Shown one piece after another: positions 16,955 to 26,871 of a stretch of DNA of 64,000 bases; within the stretch, counting starts at the first letter, position 1; each line of letters opens with the position of its first letter. A program made the position numbers and the translations under genes. The stretch is from an uncultured Christensenellaceae bacterium (GTDB taxonomy: Bacteria > Bacillota > Clostridia > Christensenellales > SZUA-584). The stretch is taken from positions 11,739-75,738 of the forward strand of contig CAYTUG010000006.1 of NCBI GenBank assembly GCA_964441275.1. The letters are read 5' to 3'. The notes under the pieces were generated by a model. It made no database searches, was not told where the DNA came from, and saw only the letters and a list, made by a program, of their open reading frames with translations.

Positions 16955-18651
16955 TCGTGGTCTCCTTTGTATGTGTACGAAGTGCTGATAACCTCATGTA
17001 TGGAAGTTAGTCCTTTATCCAGCAAAGCTATGCAGCCGGTACATAGGTCTTGCATCTTTTGCTGTGAAATAGCGTAATCGCGTATAGCGTCTGGAGTTTT
17101 CCCCTGCACAATCATATCGCGCACGGTTCTGTCGATAACGAGTATTTCGTGCACCGCCACTCTGCCTTTATAGCCCGAGTTGTTGCAATATGCACAGCCT
17201 TCGCCGGCGTACAGCGGCTGTTTGTACCCTGCGGGAAGCCCGGCTGCCGCCAGTTCGAAAGCTTTCGGGGTATAAGGTTTTTTGCAGTTCTGGCAAGTTA
17301 GCCTTACCAACCGCTGTGATAATATACCTACGAGAGATGCGGCAAGCATATAAGAGGGTATGCCCATATCGGTAAGCCGGGAAATAGTGCCGGTGGCGTC
17401 GTTGGTATGTATTGTTGACATAACAAGGTGGCCTGTAATAGCGGCGCGTATTGCGATTTCAACCGTCTCGTGGTCGCGGATCTCTCCTATCATTATTATA
17501 TCCGGGTCCTGCCGAAGTATCGAACGAAGGCCTGAGGCAAATGTTAAGCCGGCCTTAACGTTTACCTGCACCTGATTAATGCCTTCCATAGTGTATTCAA
17601 CCGGATCTTCAACCGTAATTATATTTTTTGATGTGTTGTTGACTTCGCCGAGCATGGTATAAAGAGTGGTGGATTTACCGCTTCCCGTCGGCCCTGTTAT
17701 AAGTATTATTCCGTGCGGATTGTTTAGCAAAGAATCAAACTTCTTAAGGTTCTCGGGCGATAAGCCTAATTTGTCTTTCGACATGTAATAGTTTTGCTTA
17801 TCAAGCAATCTCATTACAATTTTTTCTCCGTAAACAGTGGGCATAGATGAAATTCTAACATCGATTTCGTTGCCCGACAGCAATAATTTATAGCGGCCGT
17901 CCTGCGGGATCCGCTTTTCGGCTATGTCCATATTGCCAATAATTTTAATCCGCGTAATTACGGCGGACTGCGCTTTTTTGGGGATTTCAAGCATATTGAT
18001 TAGCTGACCGTCAATCCGCATGCGTACGCGCACGTTATGTTCTTCAGGCTCGACATGAATGTCGCTTGCTTTGGCTTTTACCGCCTGTTCAAAAATTGAG
18101 GTAACAAGCCGCACGATGGGCGCGTTAGAAATGTTTTCGCCTTCCGCATCGTCCGAAAACTCTGCTTGTGTTTCCGAGTGTTCTTCTGAGAGCTCTTTAA
18201 TTGCCGTTTCGGCATATTCGTTGCCGTAAACGATGCCGATAGCAGTATCAACTGCGTGTTCCGGAGCGATCATAGGCATAATATCTAATCCGGATACCAC
18301 CCGCGCATCTTCGACGGCAATAAAATCAATGGGGTCTGCCATAGCTAAAAAGAGCCTGTTGCCTTCAATTTTTACGGGCACCATTCTGTGCTTTCGCGCA
18401 AGCGCCACCGGGATATTTTTTGCGAGCACTTTAGAGAACTTAACGGTGTCAAGATTAACAAAAGGTATTCCGAGTTGATATTGCATTACTTCCATCAATT
18501 GTTGTTCCGTAACAAAACCTTTTGATTTGAGTATTTTGCCCAAACGCAAACCGGATTGTTTTTGTTCCCGCAGGCTTTCATTTAGCTGTTCATTTGTAAT
18601 GATGCCAAGATCAATAAGCATTTCACCAAGATATTTATGCTTAATTGCCAA
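16951..18651 (-). CDS. pilB: Type IV pilus assembly ATPase PilB (GspE family) with MshEN-like N-terminal domain
   Basis: 566 aa with Walker A 'GPTGSGKSTTLY', 'IMIGEIRD', 'TGHLVMSTIHT' and the tetracysteine 'CQNCKKP...CAYCNNSGYKGR'. TTG start follows a GGGGGTG RBS. Confidence 0.92.
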   Translation of the reverse strand: MAIKHKYLGEMLIDLGIITNEQLNESLREQKQSGLRLGKILKSKGFVTEQQLMEVMQYQLGIPFVNLDTVKFSKVLAKNIPVALARKHRMVPVKIEGNRLFLAMADPIDFIAVEDARVVSGLDIMPMIAPEHAVDTAIGIVYGNEYAETAIKELSEEHSETQAEFSDDAEGENISNAPIVRLVTSIFEQAVKAKASDIHVEPEEHNVRVRMRIDGQLINMLEIPKKAQSAVITRIKIIGNMDIAEKRIPQDGRYKLLLSGNEIDVRISSMPTVYGEKIVMRLLDKQNYYMSKDKLGLSPENLKKFDSLLNNPHGIILITGPTGSGKSTTLYTMLGEVNNTSKNIITVEDPVEYTMEGINQVQVNVKAGLTFASGLRSILRQDPDIIMIGEIRDHETVEIAIRAAITGHLVMSTIHTNDATGTISRLTDMGIPSYMLAASLVGILSQRLVRLTCQNCKKPYTPKAFELAAAGLPAGYKQPLYAGEGCAYCNNSGYKGRVAVHEILVIDRTVRDMIVQGKTPDAIRDYAISQQKMQDLCTGCIALLDKGLTSIHEVISTSYTYKGDHE

Positions 18652-18785
18652 GCAGCTTCACCCCCATTGTTTTATTAAGGAATACACTTCTATTGAATAT
18701 AAACGATTAATGCCGGTTTAAAACAATGGCGTATGAATTGCAAACGGCGTAAAAATAAACTTTTTCAGATGAACGGTTTTTTTAC

Positions 18786-18814
18786 TTTACATAAACAATC
18801 GTATTATGTATACT
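18786..18814 (+). promoter_or_regulatory. Sigma-A-type promoter for lipoprotein gene
   Basis: TTTACA (18786-18791), 17-nt spacer, TATACT (18809-18814). Confidence 0.5.
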
Positions 18815-18844
18815 TGAGTACGATATTGCACAAAGGGGTTAAGA

Positions 18845-19345
18845 ATGCTAAGAAGATGCTTTAAACTATCTGCGGTTGTCGCGGCGGCGGTATTTATAAC
18901 TATATTGGCGGCGTGCGGGCAATCAACTTTGTCAAGGCCTCAGCCTAAGGTTGACGCCGTTATCGTCGAAGTGACCGGAAGCTGTGGAATTGAAGTTGAC
19001 GAAGACACGATTAAAGTTTCGGGCGAAACGGATATAAAAGCGGGCGCAATAATCCAAGTATCCGTTGTAAGCCAATCCGGAGATATCATTGACAGCGAAG
19101 TAATAGTAAAAGCCGATGATATAATTTCGTGTAATTTTGCTAAAACACAGACCAAATATGCGGATGTTGAAAGCATTATCGGATATATTACTTTTGCGCC
19201 TTCACGTTTTGGCAATCAGCCGGAAGAGATATATGATATTTACGGCGAAAATTTTGAAAACATAGAATACAAAAAAGAAAGCGTCGTTTGGGACAACAAA
19301 GGCATGATGGTTCTGTTCGCTTCAGAGCCGTTGAATATTAACTGA
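18845..19345 (+). CDS. Lipoprotein, unknown function
   Basis: 166 aa. Signal peptide with lipobox 'ILAAC|GQ'. Confidence 0.6.
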   Translation: MLRRCFKLSAVVAAAVFITILAACGQSTLSRPQPKVDAVIVEVTGSCGIEVDEDTIKVSGETDIKAGAIIQVSVVSQSGDIIDSEVIVKADDIISCNFAKTQTKYADVESIIGYITFAPSRFGNQPEEIYDIYGENFENIEYKKESVVWDNKGMMVLFASEPLNIN

Positions 19346-19364
19346 CAATGGTTTAAAAACTTAC

Positions 19365-19389
19365 AGGCTGCGGGTTCGCGGCCTTTTTA
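19365..19389 (+). terminator. Rho-independent terminator
   Basis: AGGCTGCG-GGTT-CGCGGCCT: 8-bp stem (one G-U pair) with a tetraloop, followed by TTTTT. Confidence 0.7.
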
Positions 19390-20514
19390 TAATTCTCCCT
19401 TTCTCCATAACGCAATAAGAAGATCAACAACCCGGCCATAGCTTTGAACGCCGTCATGCTGCATATTAGCTTTAAGAAACGAGTTGTTTACTTCTTTTGC
19501 GGCTTCGCTTACGCCGCCTTGATAATTGTCCCAAAAAAGCGCCCTGTCAACCAAATCCCGTTCAACAGAACCGGAATAATTTGCGCGCAGTTCAAAATAT
19601 AATTCTTTATCCGCATCAAAAAGAGCGCTCATGGCATGGATAAGCGCAAGCAATGTGCCCGAATATTCAACCGACGGTTCCCCGGAAAACCTGCTGACAT
19701 AGAAAGCTAAAAAGTTTGCTTCGTCTTCTCTTGCGAAACCTCGCTGATGCGCCGCTTCGTGCAGACAAGATGCGGCAAACAAAGCCATGGGCGCGTCAAC
19801 ATTTACGTTCGCTTCGCCGGTGTAAGGGAAATAAACGCCCGATATGTTCGCCCATGAAAGCCCCTCCGAATAGAGCACCGGTTTAACATTTCCGAAATTG
19901 CCGCCTAAAAACTCAATCTCTGCCGCGCTTGCGGCTTGGTTGTAATAACCGTTTACGCTGTGCATAATTTGAGTTTTTGTTTCGGCGGGAGAAAAAACGC
20001 CACGCGAATTTTGCGGAACAGTTTCCCTTAGCGAATTTGCGCGGGAAATTAAGGCGTCGCATGTGTGATACAGCTCAGAGCAAGCTGCGGCGGACGAATC
20101 AAGGTTTAGTGTTTGGTTTAACGGCAAGCGCGCATAATTAAACCCCCAAAGGGACACGAAAAGCGCATAGAGCAAAGATGCCACGCAAAGCATAAACCAA
20201 ATCCGGCGCAGCACAATCCGCCACCACGTGCGCCGTGCCATAATTGCGTGCACTACTATAAAAACCGTATATACTGATGCGGATAATATGAAAGCGTACA
20301 AAACAAATTCCGCCAGCGAAAATGGTAAAATGCCGACGGCGCTTGAGAGCATACTGTTAAAATGCATAAAGAAGCCGCGGGAATATACGGATTCAATAAA
20401 TTGCGGACATAAAAACGATAAGCGAAACAGAACGTAAAAAACAGGCCCGGGTAAAAGCCAGAACAACTTTTTAATTATTTTAGCATTAAAACAAGCCATA
20501 AACGAGAACCCCAA
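19387..20514 (-). CDS. DUF3810-like membrane protein (putative zinc metallopeptidase motif)
   Basis: 375 aa. Three N-terminal TM helices and 'CLHEAAHQRGF' (HExxH). The family assignment is from memory. Confidence 0.55.
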   Translation of the reverse strand: MGFSFMACFNAKIIKKLFWLLPGPVFYVLFRLSFLCPQFIESVYSRGFFMHFNSMLSSAVGILPFSLAEFVLYAFILSASVYTVFIVVHAIMARRTWWRIVLRRIWFMLCVASLLYALFVSLWGFNYARLPLNQTLNLDSSAAACSELYHTCDALISRANSLRETVPQNSRGVFSPAETKTQIMHSVNGYYNQAASAAEIEFLGGNFGNVKPVLYSEGLSWANISGVYFPYTGEANVNVDAPMALFAASCLHEAAHQRGFAREDEANFLAFYVSRFSGEPSVEYSGTLLALIHAMSALFDADKELYFELRANYSGSVERDLVDRALFWDNYQGGVSEAAKEVNNSFLKANMQHDGVQSYGRVVDLLIALWRKGEL

Positions 20515-20664
20515 TAAGTACTGTTATTGTACACAAGGGCTCTCTTTTTGGTCAAACCTTTTTTCTGCAAAATATAATTTCTTTTCCGCTTTGCGCGCTA
20601 AGGGCGGTTTTTTAGAGTGTGAAAAGGGATTTACCGGCGCAGAGCAGATTAGCGCCGTTGCAGG

Positions 20665-20693
20665 TTGACAGTGCACCGCCGCTATATTATAAT
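20665..20693 (+). promoter_or_regulatory. Consensus sigma-A promoter driving the valS T-box leader
   Basis: TTGACA (20665-20670), 17-nt spacer, TATAAT (20688-20693). Confidence 0.8.
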
Positions 20694-20699
20694 TTTTAC

Positions 20700-20932
20700 A
20701 AATGCGTATAAGAAAAGAGTAGTAGGGTAAAAACCCCGCCGAGAGAGAGGCTTTTTTGGTGTGATGGCCTTGCGGAAGGTTTGCCCGAAGTCGCTTTTTT
20801 AGCACCGTTGGTGAAGGGAATTAGCCGGCGGCGTTTGCCGCGCGTTATGCGGCAGTTTGAGTGCAGATAGTTTTTATCTGAAACAAGGTGGTACCGCGGA
20901 TTTCCGTCCTTTAATACAAGGGCGGTTTTTTT
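20700..20932 (+). promoter_or_regulatory. T-box riboswitch leader (tRNA-Val sensing expected)
   Basis: AGTA and AGAGA boxes near 20718-20748. T-box sequence AACAAGGTGGTACCGCGG at 20882-20899. Terminator CCGTCCTT/AAGGGCGG plus T7 at 20904-20932. Lies immediately upstream of valS. Confidence 0.85.
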
Positions 20933-20954
20933 GTATAGCAATCGGGAGGAAAAA

Positions 20955-23585
20955 ATGAGTATAAAAGAGTTGAGCAAAGTGTACGAGCCAAAAGAAGTTG
21001 AGCAAAGGCTGTATGATAATTGGCTTAAAAACGGGTACTTTCGTGCACGGATTGATAAAAGCAAAAAGCCTTTTACTATTGTAATGCCGCCTCCGAATAT
21101 TACCGGGCAGCTGCATATGGGGCATGCGCTTGACAATATGATTCAGGATGCAATAATTCGTACAAAAAGAATGCAGGGGTTTGTTGCGCTGTGGCTTCCG
21201 GGCACCGATCACGCAAGCATAGCCACCGAAGTAAAAATTGTGGATAAGCTTAAAGAAGAAGGAACGTCAAAAGAACAGTTGGGCCGCGAAAAGTTTTTGG
21301 AACGTGCTTGGGAATGGAAAGAAAAATACGGCGGGCGCATAATTGAACAGCTAAAAAAATTAGGTTCTTCGTGCGACTTTAGCCGCGAACGATTTACGAT
21401 GGATGAAGGCTGCTCGCGTGCGGTAACCGAATTTTTTGTTAGGCTGTACAACAAGGGGCTGATATACAAAGGCGACAGGATTATAAACTGGTGCCCCGTT
21501 TGCAAAACCGCATTATCCGACGCAGAAGTCGAGCACATGGAGCATGATTCGTTTCTTTGGTATTTTAGGTATCCCGAGCAAGAAGGAGGGGAGGGGATAG
21601 TGGTTGCGACAACCCGCCCGGAAACTATGCTTGGGGATACGGCGGTTGCGGTAAACCCGAAAGATAAGCGCTACAGCCGTCTTATCGGGAAAAAACTTGT
21701 GCTGCCAATAATGAACAGAGTGATAACCGTGGTTGCGGATGAATATGTGGACATGCGGTTTGGCACAGGAGCGGTTAAGATTACGCCGGCGCATGACCCT
21801 AACGATTTTGAAGTGGCCGAAAGGCACAACCTGCCCTCAATAAGGGTGATTGACGATAGCGGTTATATTAACCAAAACGGAGGCAAATTTGAAGGCATAT
21901 ACAAGGACGAAGCAAGAGCACTTATAGTGCAGGAGATGCGGCAGTTGTCTTTGTTAGAAAAAACGCAGAAGCATAAGCACAATGTCGGGCATTGCTATAG
22001 ATGCGATACCGTTGTTGAGCCTATTGTATCTAAACAATGGTTTGTATCTATGAAAACTTTGGCGGAGCCCGCCATAAAAGCGGTGCGCACGGGCGAGATA
22101 AAGTTTGTGCCCAAAAGAAGCGAGACCGTATATTTTAATTGGCTTGAGAACATAAAAGACTGGTGCATTTCACGACAGCTTTGGTGGGGGCATCGCATAC
22201 CCGCTTGGTATTGCCAAAGCTGCGGGCAAATGGCGGTGGGCGCACAGCCTCCAAAAAGCTGCGTTTGCGGGGGAAGCGGTTACAAACAGGACGAAGATGT
22301 GCTTGACACATGGTTCTCAAGCGGGCTTTGGCCTTTTTCGACATTAGGATGGCCTGATAAAACGCAGGATCTTGAATATTTTTATCCTACCAATGTTTTG
22401 GTTACGGGGTACGACATATTGTTCTTTTGGGTTGCCCGTATGATAATGTCGGGCTGCGAATGCATGGGAGAGAAGCCTTTTGAATATGTGAGCGTACACG
22501 GGCTTGTAAGAGACGCGTTGGGGCGGAAGATGAGCAAATCATTGGGCAATGGTATAGACCCGTTGGAAGTGATAGAGCAATATGGCGCGGACGCGCTTAG
22601 GTTTTCTCTTGCGGCGGGCGTGCGCATAGGCGGCGATATGCGTTTTTCGGACGAAAAGGTTTTGAGCGCGCGAAATTTCGCAAATAAGATATGGAATGCG
22701 GCGCGCTTTGTTTTGTTAAATGCGGGCGGAAATGTGCTGCCGGTTGACGAGGGATTTTTGGATATAGCCGACAAATGGATTTTAACTAAACTTTCGGTAT
22801 TGACTGAAGACATAACTTCTCTAATTGAAAGGTTCGAGCTTGGCTTGGCGGCGCAAAAGCTGCATGATTTTATCTGGAGCGAATACTGCGACTGGTACAT
22901 AGAGATGGCAAAACCCCGCCTTTTGGGCAGCGATGAAAAAGATAAACAAACGGCGGTTTCCGTGTTGGTTGAGGTTTTAAAAACCACTCTTAAATTATTG
23001 CACCCTTTTATGCCGTTTATAACGGAAGAAATATACCAAAACCTGCCCGGGACTTTTGGCAGCATTATGGTATCAGATTGGCCCGAGGCGAAAAACAAAT
23101 ATCCAAAAGCCGAAAAGGCGTTGCATAGCGTTATGGAAATAATACGGGGCATCCGCAACATACGTGCCGAAATGGATGTTCCGCAGAAAAACCGCCCTGT
23201 TATAAAAATATTGGCTGCGGAAAAATATCGGGACGACTATCAAATATGCGAAAAATATATTGAAAGGCTTGCGCTTGCCTCAAACATAGAGTTTATTGCC
23301 GATAAATCGTCGGTGCCGGATAATGCGATTTCGGTAATAGGCGTGGGAGCGGAGGCTTTTATGGCTCTTGATGAACTCATAGATATAGAAAAAGAGCTTT
23401 TAAGGCTTAAACAAGAAACAAACCGCCTTAAAGGAGAAATTGCCCGTGCGGAATCCAAACTCGGCAACAAAGGGTTTACACTAAAAGCGCCCGAAAGCGT
23501 TGTGCGGGTAGAGCGTGAAAAGCTTCAAACTTATCGCGAAATGTTAAGCGCGGTACAAACAAGGCAGGCGGAGCTTATAGGATGA
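20955..23585 (+). CDS. valS: Valine--tRNA ligase
   Basis: Class I 'HMGH' ('PNITGQLHMGHAL') and 'KMSKS' ('RKMSKSLGN') motifs, plus a C-terminal coiled coil. ATG at 20955 follows a GGGAGG RBS. Confidence 0.97.
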   Translation: MSIKELSKVYEPKEVEQRLYDNWLKNGYFRARIDKSKKPFTIVMPPPNITGQLHMGHALDNMIQDAIIRTKRMQGFVALWLPGTDHASIATEVKIVDKLKEEGTSKEQLGREKFLERAWEWKEKYGGRIIEQLKKLGSSCDFSRERFTMDEGCSRAVTEFFVRLYNKGLIYKGDRIINWCPVCKTALSDAEVEHMEHDSFLWYFRYPEQEGGEGIVVATTRPETMLGDTAVAVNPKDKRYSRLIGKKLVLPIMNRVITVVADEYVDMRFGTGAVKITPAHDPNDFEVAERHNLPSIRVIDDSGYINQNGGKFEGIYKDEARALIVQEMRQLSLLEKTQKHKHNVGHCYRCDTVVEPIVSKQWFVSMKTLAEPAIKAVRTGEIKFVPKRSETVYFNWLENIKDWCISRQLWWGHRIPAWYCQSCGQMAVGAQPPKSCVCGGSGYKQDEDVLDTWFSSGLWPFSTLGWPDKTQDLEYFYPTNVLVTGYDILFFWVARMIMSGCECMGEKPFEYVSVHGLVRDALGRKMSKSLGNGIDPLEVIEQYGADALRFSLAAGVRIGGDMRFSDEKVLSARNFANKIWNAARFVLLNAGGNVLPVDEGFLDIADKWILTKLSVLTEDITSLIERFELGLAAQKLHDFIWSEYCDWYIEMAKPRLLGSDEKDKQTAVSVLVEVLKTTLKLLHPFMPFITEEIYQNLPGTFGSIMVSDWPEAKNKYPKAEKALHSVMEIIRGIRNIRAEMDVPQKNRPVIKILAAEKYRDDYQICEKYIERLALASNIEFIADKSSVPDNAISVIGVGAEAFMALDELIDIEKELLRLKQETNRLKGEIARAESKLGNKGFTLKAPESVVRVEREKLQTYREMLSAVQTRQAELIG

Positions 23586-24703
23586 AATACGTGCACATAG
23601 CGGGTACTAACGGCAAGGGTTCGGTTGCCGAGTACATTAACCGCATATTAATTGCGGCAGGCAAAAAGTGCGGGTGTTTCACATCGCCGCATATTGTTTC
23701 GCGTGCGGAGCGAATAAAAATTGGCGGGCAAAATATTGACGAGCACATTTTTGACGAGCTGATTGAATATGTAAAGCAAAAGGGATTGGCTTTAAACGAT
23801 ACGCTTTTTGCGGCTCAAACAGCCGCGGCGCTTGTTTGGTTTGAGCGCCAAGAAGTGGAATATGCGGTATTAGAAACGGGAGTTGGAGGACGGCTTGACC
23901 CTACCAATTGTATAAAGCCCAAAATAAGCGTAATAACTCCCATAAGTTTAGACCATGTTAATATGTTGGGCAGCACGCTTTCCAAGATTGCGCATGAAAA
24001 GAGCGGAATAATTAAAGCGAATGTTCCGGTTGTAAGCGCAGTGCAGCCGCCGGACGTTATGAGCGTTATCAGGCAGCATTGCGCAAAAAACGGCGCGCAG
24101 TTATTGCAGGTTCCGCCTGTTCGGGTTCTGTCGCGTTCCGTGGACGCCCAAACATTTGAAATGGACGGGGGCATTTACACAATAAGCGCAATGGGAGAGC
24201 ATCAGGCGCAAAATGCCGCAATTGCGGTCTGCGCCGCACAGCGGCTCGGGATAACCGGCGATGCAATCTTAAGGGGGCTTGCGCAAACAAGACTAAGATG
24301 CCGTATGCAGCTATTTTCGGGCAAACCTGACATGCTTATAGATGGGGCGCATAACGTTGCGGCAACAGATGCGCTTATAAAGGTTTTGGACACCCATTTT
24401 ATAAACAGGCGCAAAATACTGCTTTTTGCATGCATGGCCGATAAAGACTACGCTTCAATGATAAAAAAATTGTCGCCCGAATTTTTTAGCGTTTTCACAA
24501 CAAAGGTTGCCGGCGATAGGGGAATGGACGCAGAGCGGCTGTCAAATCTTTTCCGTTGCAATGCTATAGCGGAAAACAACCCCGTTAACGCATTTTATGC
24601 GGCAAGAGAGAAGGCTTTAAACTTCGGCGCTTTGCTGGTGGTCGCGGGCTCATTCTATCTTGCGGGAATAGTTGAGCCTATAATAATGCGAAATCATAAA
24701 TGA
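23582..24703 (+). CDS. folC: Folylpolyglutamate synthase / dihydrofolate synthase (short N-terminus)
   Basis: 373 aa. The Mur-ligase P-loop 'IAGTNGKGS' begins at residue 6; 'ETGVGGRLDPTN' and 'DGAHN' are also present. The start overlaps the valS stop (ATGA). Confidence 0.85.
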   Translation: MKYVHIAGTNGKGSVAEYINRILIAAGKKCGCFTSPHIVSRAERIKIGGQNIDEHIFDELIEYVKQKGLALNDTLFAAQTAAALVWFERQEVEYAVLETGVGGRLDPTNCIKPKISVITPISLDHVNMLGSTLSKIAHEKSGIIKANVPVVSAVQPPDVMSVIRQHCAKNGAQLLQVPPVRVLSRSVDAQTFEMDGGIYTISAMGEHQAQNAAIAVCAAQRLGITGDAILRGLAQTRLRCRMQLFSGKPDMLIDGAHNVAATDALIKVLDTHFINRRKILLFACMADKDYASMIKKLSPEFFSVFTTKVAGDRGMDAERLSNLFRCNAIAENNPVNAFYAAREKALNFGALLVVAGSFYLAGIVEPIIMRNHK

Positions 24704-24723
24704 GCAAATTTAACAGCACAAAA

Positions 24724-24737
24724 CGAAAATATGTTCG
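24724..24737. promoter_or_regulatory. Putative LexA (Cheo/SOS) box upstream of uvrBA
   Basis: CGAAAATATGTTCG matches the Firmicute consensus CGAACnnnnGTTCG with one mismatch in the left arm. Lies about 180 nt upstream of uvrB. Confidence 0.5.
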
Positions 24738-24902
24738 CCCGAAATTATGTTTGTGTTTTTATATTATTTTATGCTATAATTGTCGCCAGACCGCGGGGGC
24801 GGCACCTTGTGTCGGTTGCGGTTTTTTATGCTGTTAAAGTTGGCGGCAGCTTTAAAACTGTGTTAAAAAATTTTACCTTGCAGCACAAAGAGGTTTCTTG
24901 AT

Positions 24903-26867
24903 TTGGACTTTAAACTGCATTCAAAGTACAAGCCGGCAGGCAGCCAGCCAAAGGCGATAGATGCGCTTGTGGGCGCTGTTAATTCGGGCAAAAAAGCGCA
25001 GGTGCTTCTTGGCGTTACGGGAAGCGGCAAAACTTTTACTATGGCAAACGTGATAGACAGGCTAAACCGCCCGGTGCTTGTTTTAGCGCATAACAAAACG
25101 TTGGCAGCGCAGTTGTGCGGCGAATTTCGCGAATACTTTCCCGACAACTCAGTAGAATTCTTTGTAAGTTACTATGATTATTATCAACCCGAAGCGTATG
25201 TGCCCGGCAAAGATTTGTATATTGAAAAGGATGCGAGCGTAAACGACGAGATAGACAGAATGCGGCATAGCGCCACTTGGGCTTTGCAAGAAAGGCGCGA
25301 TGTAATTATCGTTGCGTCCGTATCGTGCATATACGCAATAGGCGATCCTGCCGAATACCGCAACTTGAGCATTTCGCTTCGCCCTGACACGCATATTAAA
25401 CGCGACGATTTGTTGGCTAAACTGGTGGATATAAACTATTCTCGGGGCGATGTGGATTTTTCAAGGGGCCGCTTTCGGGTGCGGGGGGATACTGTAGAGG
25501 TGTTTCCGGCCAGCACTGCGGAAAAAGCTGTGCGGATAGAGTTTTTTGGCGATACGGTTGAGAGGATATTAGAAATAGAAGCTTTAACCGGCAGGGTTTT
25601 AAGCGAGCGGGCGCATTTAGCCATATTCCCGGCTACCCACTACGCAATTGAGCGGGAATCTATGCTTTTGGCGCTTGAGCGGATTAACGCCGATATGGCT
25701 GAACAAATTGACAAATTAAAAGCGCAGGATAAGTTGCTCGAGGCGGAGCGGCTCAAACAGCGCACGGTTTACGATATGGAAATGCTAAGAGAGCTTGGAT
25801 ATTGCAGCGGAATAGAAAACTATGCGCGCTATTTTGACGGCAGAAAGCCGGGAGACCCGCCATACACCCTTCTTGATTATTTTCCCGACGATTATATTAT
25901 GTTTGTTGACGAATCCCACGTTATGATGCCTCAGGTGCGCGCCATGTACAAGGGGGATTTTTCGCGTAAAGATACGCTTGTCCAATACGGGTTCAGGCTG
26001 CCCGCGGCATATGACAACAGACCGCTAAAATTTGAAGAGTTTACAGAAAGGCAGGGGCAGACGATATATGTGAGCGCAACGCCCGCCGATTACGAGCGCA
26101 GTTTGGCAGGCGAAGTTGTGGAACAAATCGTAAGGCCTACCGGATTGGTTGACCCTAAGGTTACCGTGCTGCCCGCAAAGGGGCAAGTTGAACATCTTTT
26201 AGGAGAGATAAGGGGCACCGTAAAAAGAGGTTTACGCACATTGGTGACAACATTGACTAAAAAAATGGCGGAGAGGCTGACAGATTATTATAAAGAATTG
26301 GGCATAAAAGTAAGGTACATGCATTCGGACATAGATACATTGGAGAGAATGGAAATAATACGCGGATTGCGGTTAGGCGAGTTTGACGTGCTTGTAGGCA
26401 TTAATTTATTGAGGGAAGGGCTTGATTTGCCCGAAGTTGCGCTTGTTGCGGTGCTCGACGCCGATAAAGAGGGGTTTTTGCGCAACGACACATCGCTGAT
26501 TCAAACTATCGGCAGGGCGGCTCGCAATGTGGAAGGGCGGGTTTTGTTGTATGCGGATAGCGTAACAGGCTCTATGAGAAGGGCGATAGACGAAACGGAA
26601 CGGCGGCGTGCAATGCAGATAGAGTATAACGAGAGGCACGGCATAACGCCCAAAACAATAGTCAAGCAAGCGCCCGCAATGTTAAAGATAACAAAGCCGG
26701 TTAAGGACTCGGAAAAGCTTACGTATAATGAAGCAATCAAAAAAGCGGCAATTGTGGAAAAACAAATGAGGCAAGCCGCAATGGAGTTAGAGTTTGAAGC
26801 CGCGGCAGCATTGCGTGACGAGCTGTTCCGCATTAAAGAAATTATAAGAAAAGGGAAACAAGCATAA
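24903..26867 (+). CDS. uvrB: Excinuclease ABC subunit B
   Basis: 654 aa with '[10 protein letters not shown]', 'DESH' and the C-terminal UVR domain '[11 protein letters not shown]'. TTG start. Confidence 0.97.
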   Translation: MDFKLHSKYKPAGSQPKAIDALVGAVNSGKKAQVLLGVTGSGKTFTMANVIDRLNRPVLVLAHNKTLAAQLCGEFREYFPDNSVEFFVSYYDYYQPEAYVPGKDLYIEKDASVNDEIDRMRHSATWALQERRDVIIVASVSCIYAIGDPAEYRNLSISLRPDTHIKRDDLLAKLVDINYSRGDVDFSRGRFRVRGDTVEVFPASTAEKAVRIEFFGDTVERILEIEALTGRVLSERAHLAIFPATHYAIERESMLLALERINADMAEQIDKLKAQDKLLEAERLKQRTVYDMEMLRELGYCSGIENYARYFDGRKPGDPPYTLLDYFPDDYIMFVDESHVMMPQVRAMYKGDFSRKDTLVQYGFRLPAAYDNRPLKFEEFTERQGQTIYVSATPADYERSLAGEVVEQIVRPTGLVDPKVTVLPAKGQVEHLLGEIRGTVKRGLRTLVTTLTKKMAERLTDYYKELGIKVRYMHSDIDTLERMEIIRGLRLGEFDVLVGINLLREGLDLPEVALVAVLDADKEGFLRNDTSLIQTIGRAARNVEGRVLLYADSVTGSMRRAIDETERRRAMQIEYNERHGITPKTIVKQAPAMLKITKPVKDSEKLTYNEAIKKAAIVEKQMRQAAMELEFEAAAALRDELFRIKEIIRKGKQA

Positions 26868-26871
26868 CGTT

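Noticed and set aside
20524-21212. Minus-strand ORFs (93, 146 and 112 aa) spanning the valS leader
   Set aside because: The region is explained by a consensus promoter, T-box leader and terminator on the plus strand. These ORFs have no coding features.
22382-23161. Long antisense ORFs inside conserved genes. Examples: 259 aa opposite valS; 185 aa at 44601-45158 opposite atpA; 160 aa at 42971-43453 opposite atpF; 153 aa at 47386-47847 opposite atpC; 171 aa at 58134-58649; 171 aa at 320-835.
   Set aside because: All lie fully within well-supported genes on the other strand. They have low-complexity, Ser/Cys/Arg-rich compositions typical of antisense frames, and no RBS or recognisable domain.
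24790-24827. Hairpin-like GC-rich segment plus T6 between folC and uvrB, considered as a terminator
   Set aside because: Only about 5 Watson-Crick pairs plus G-U pairs can be drawn, with a large irregular loop. That is too weak to annotate, though the T-tract is suggestive.
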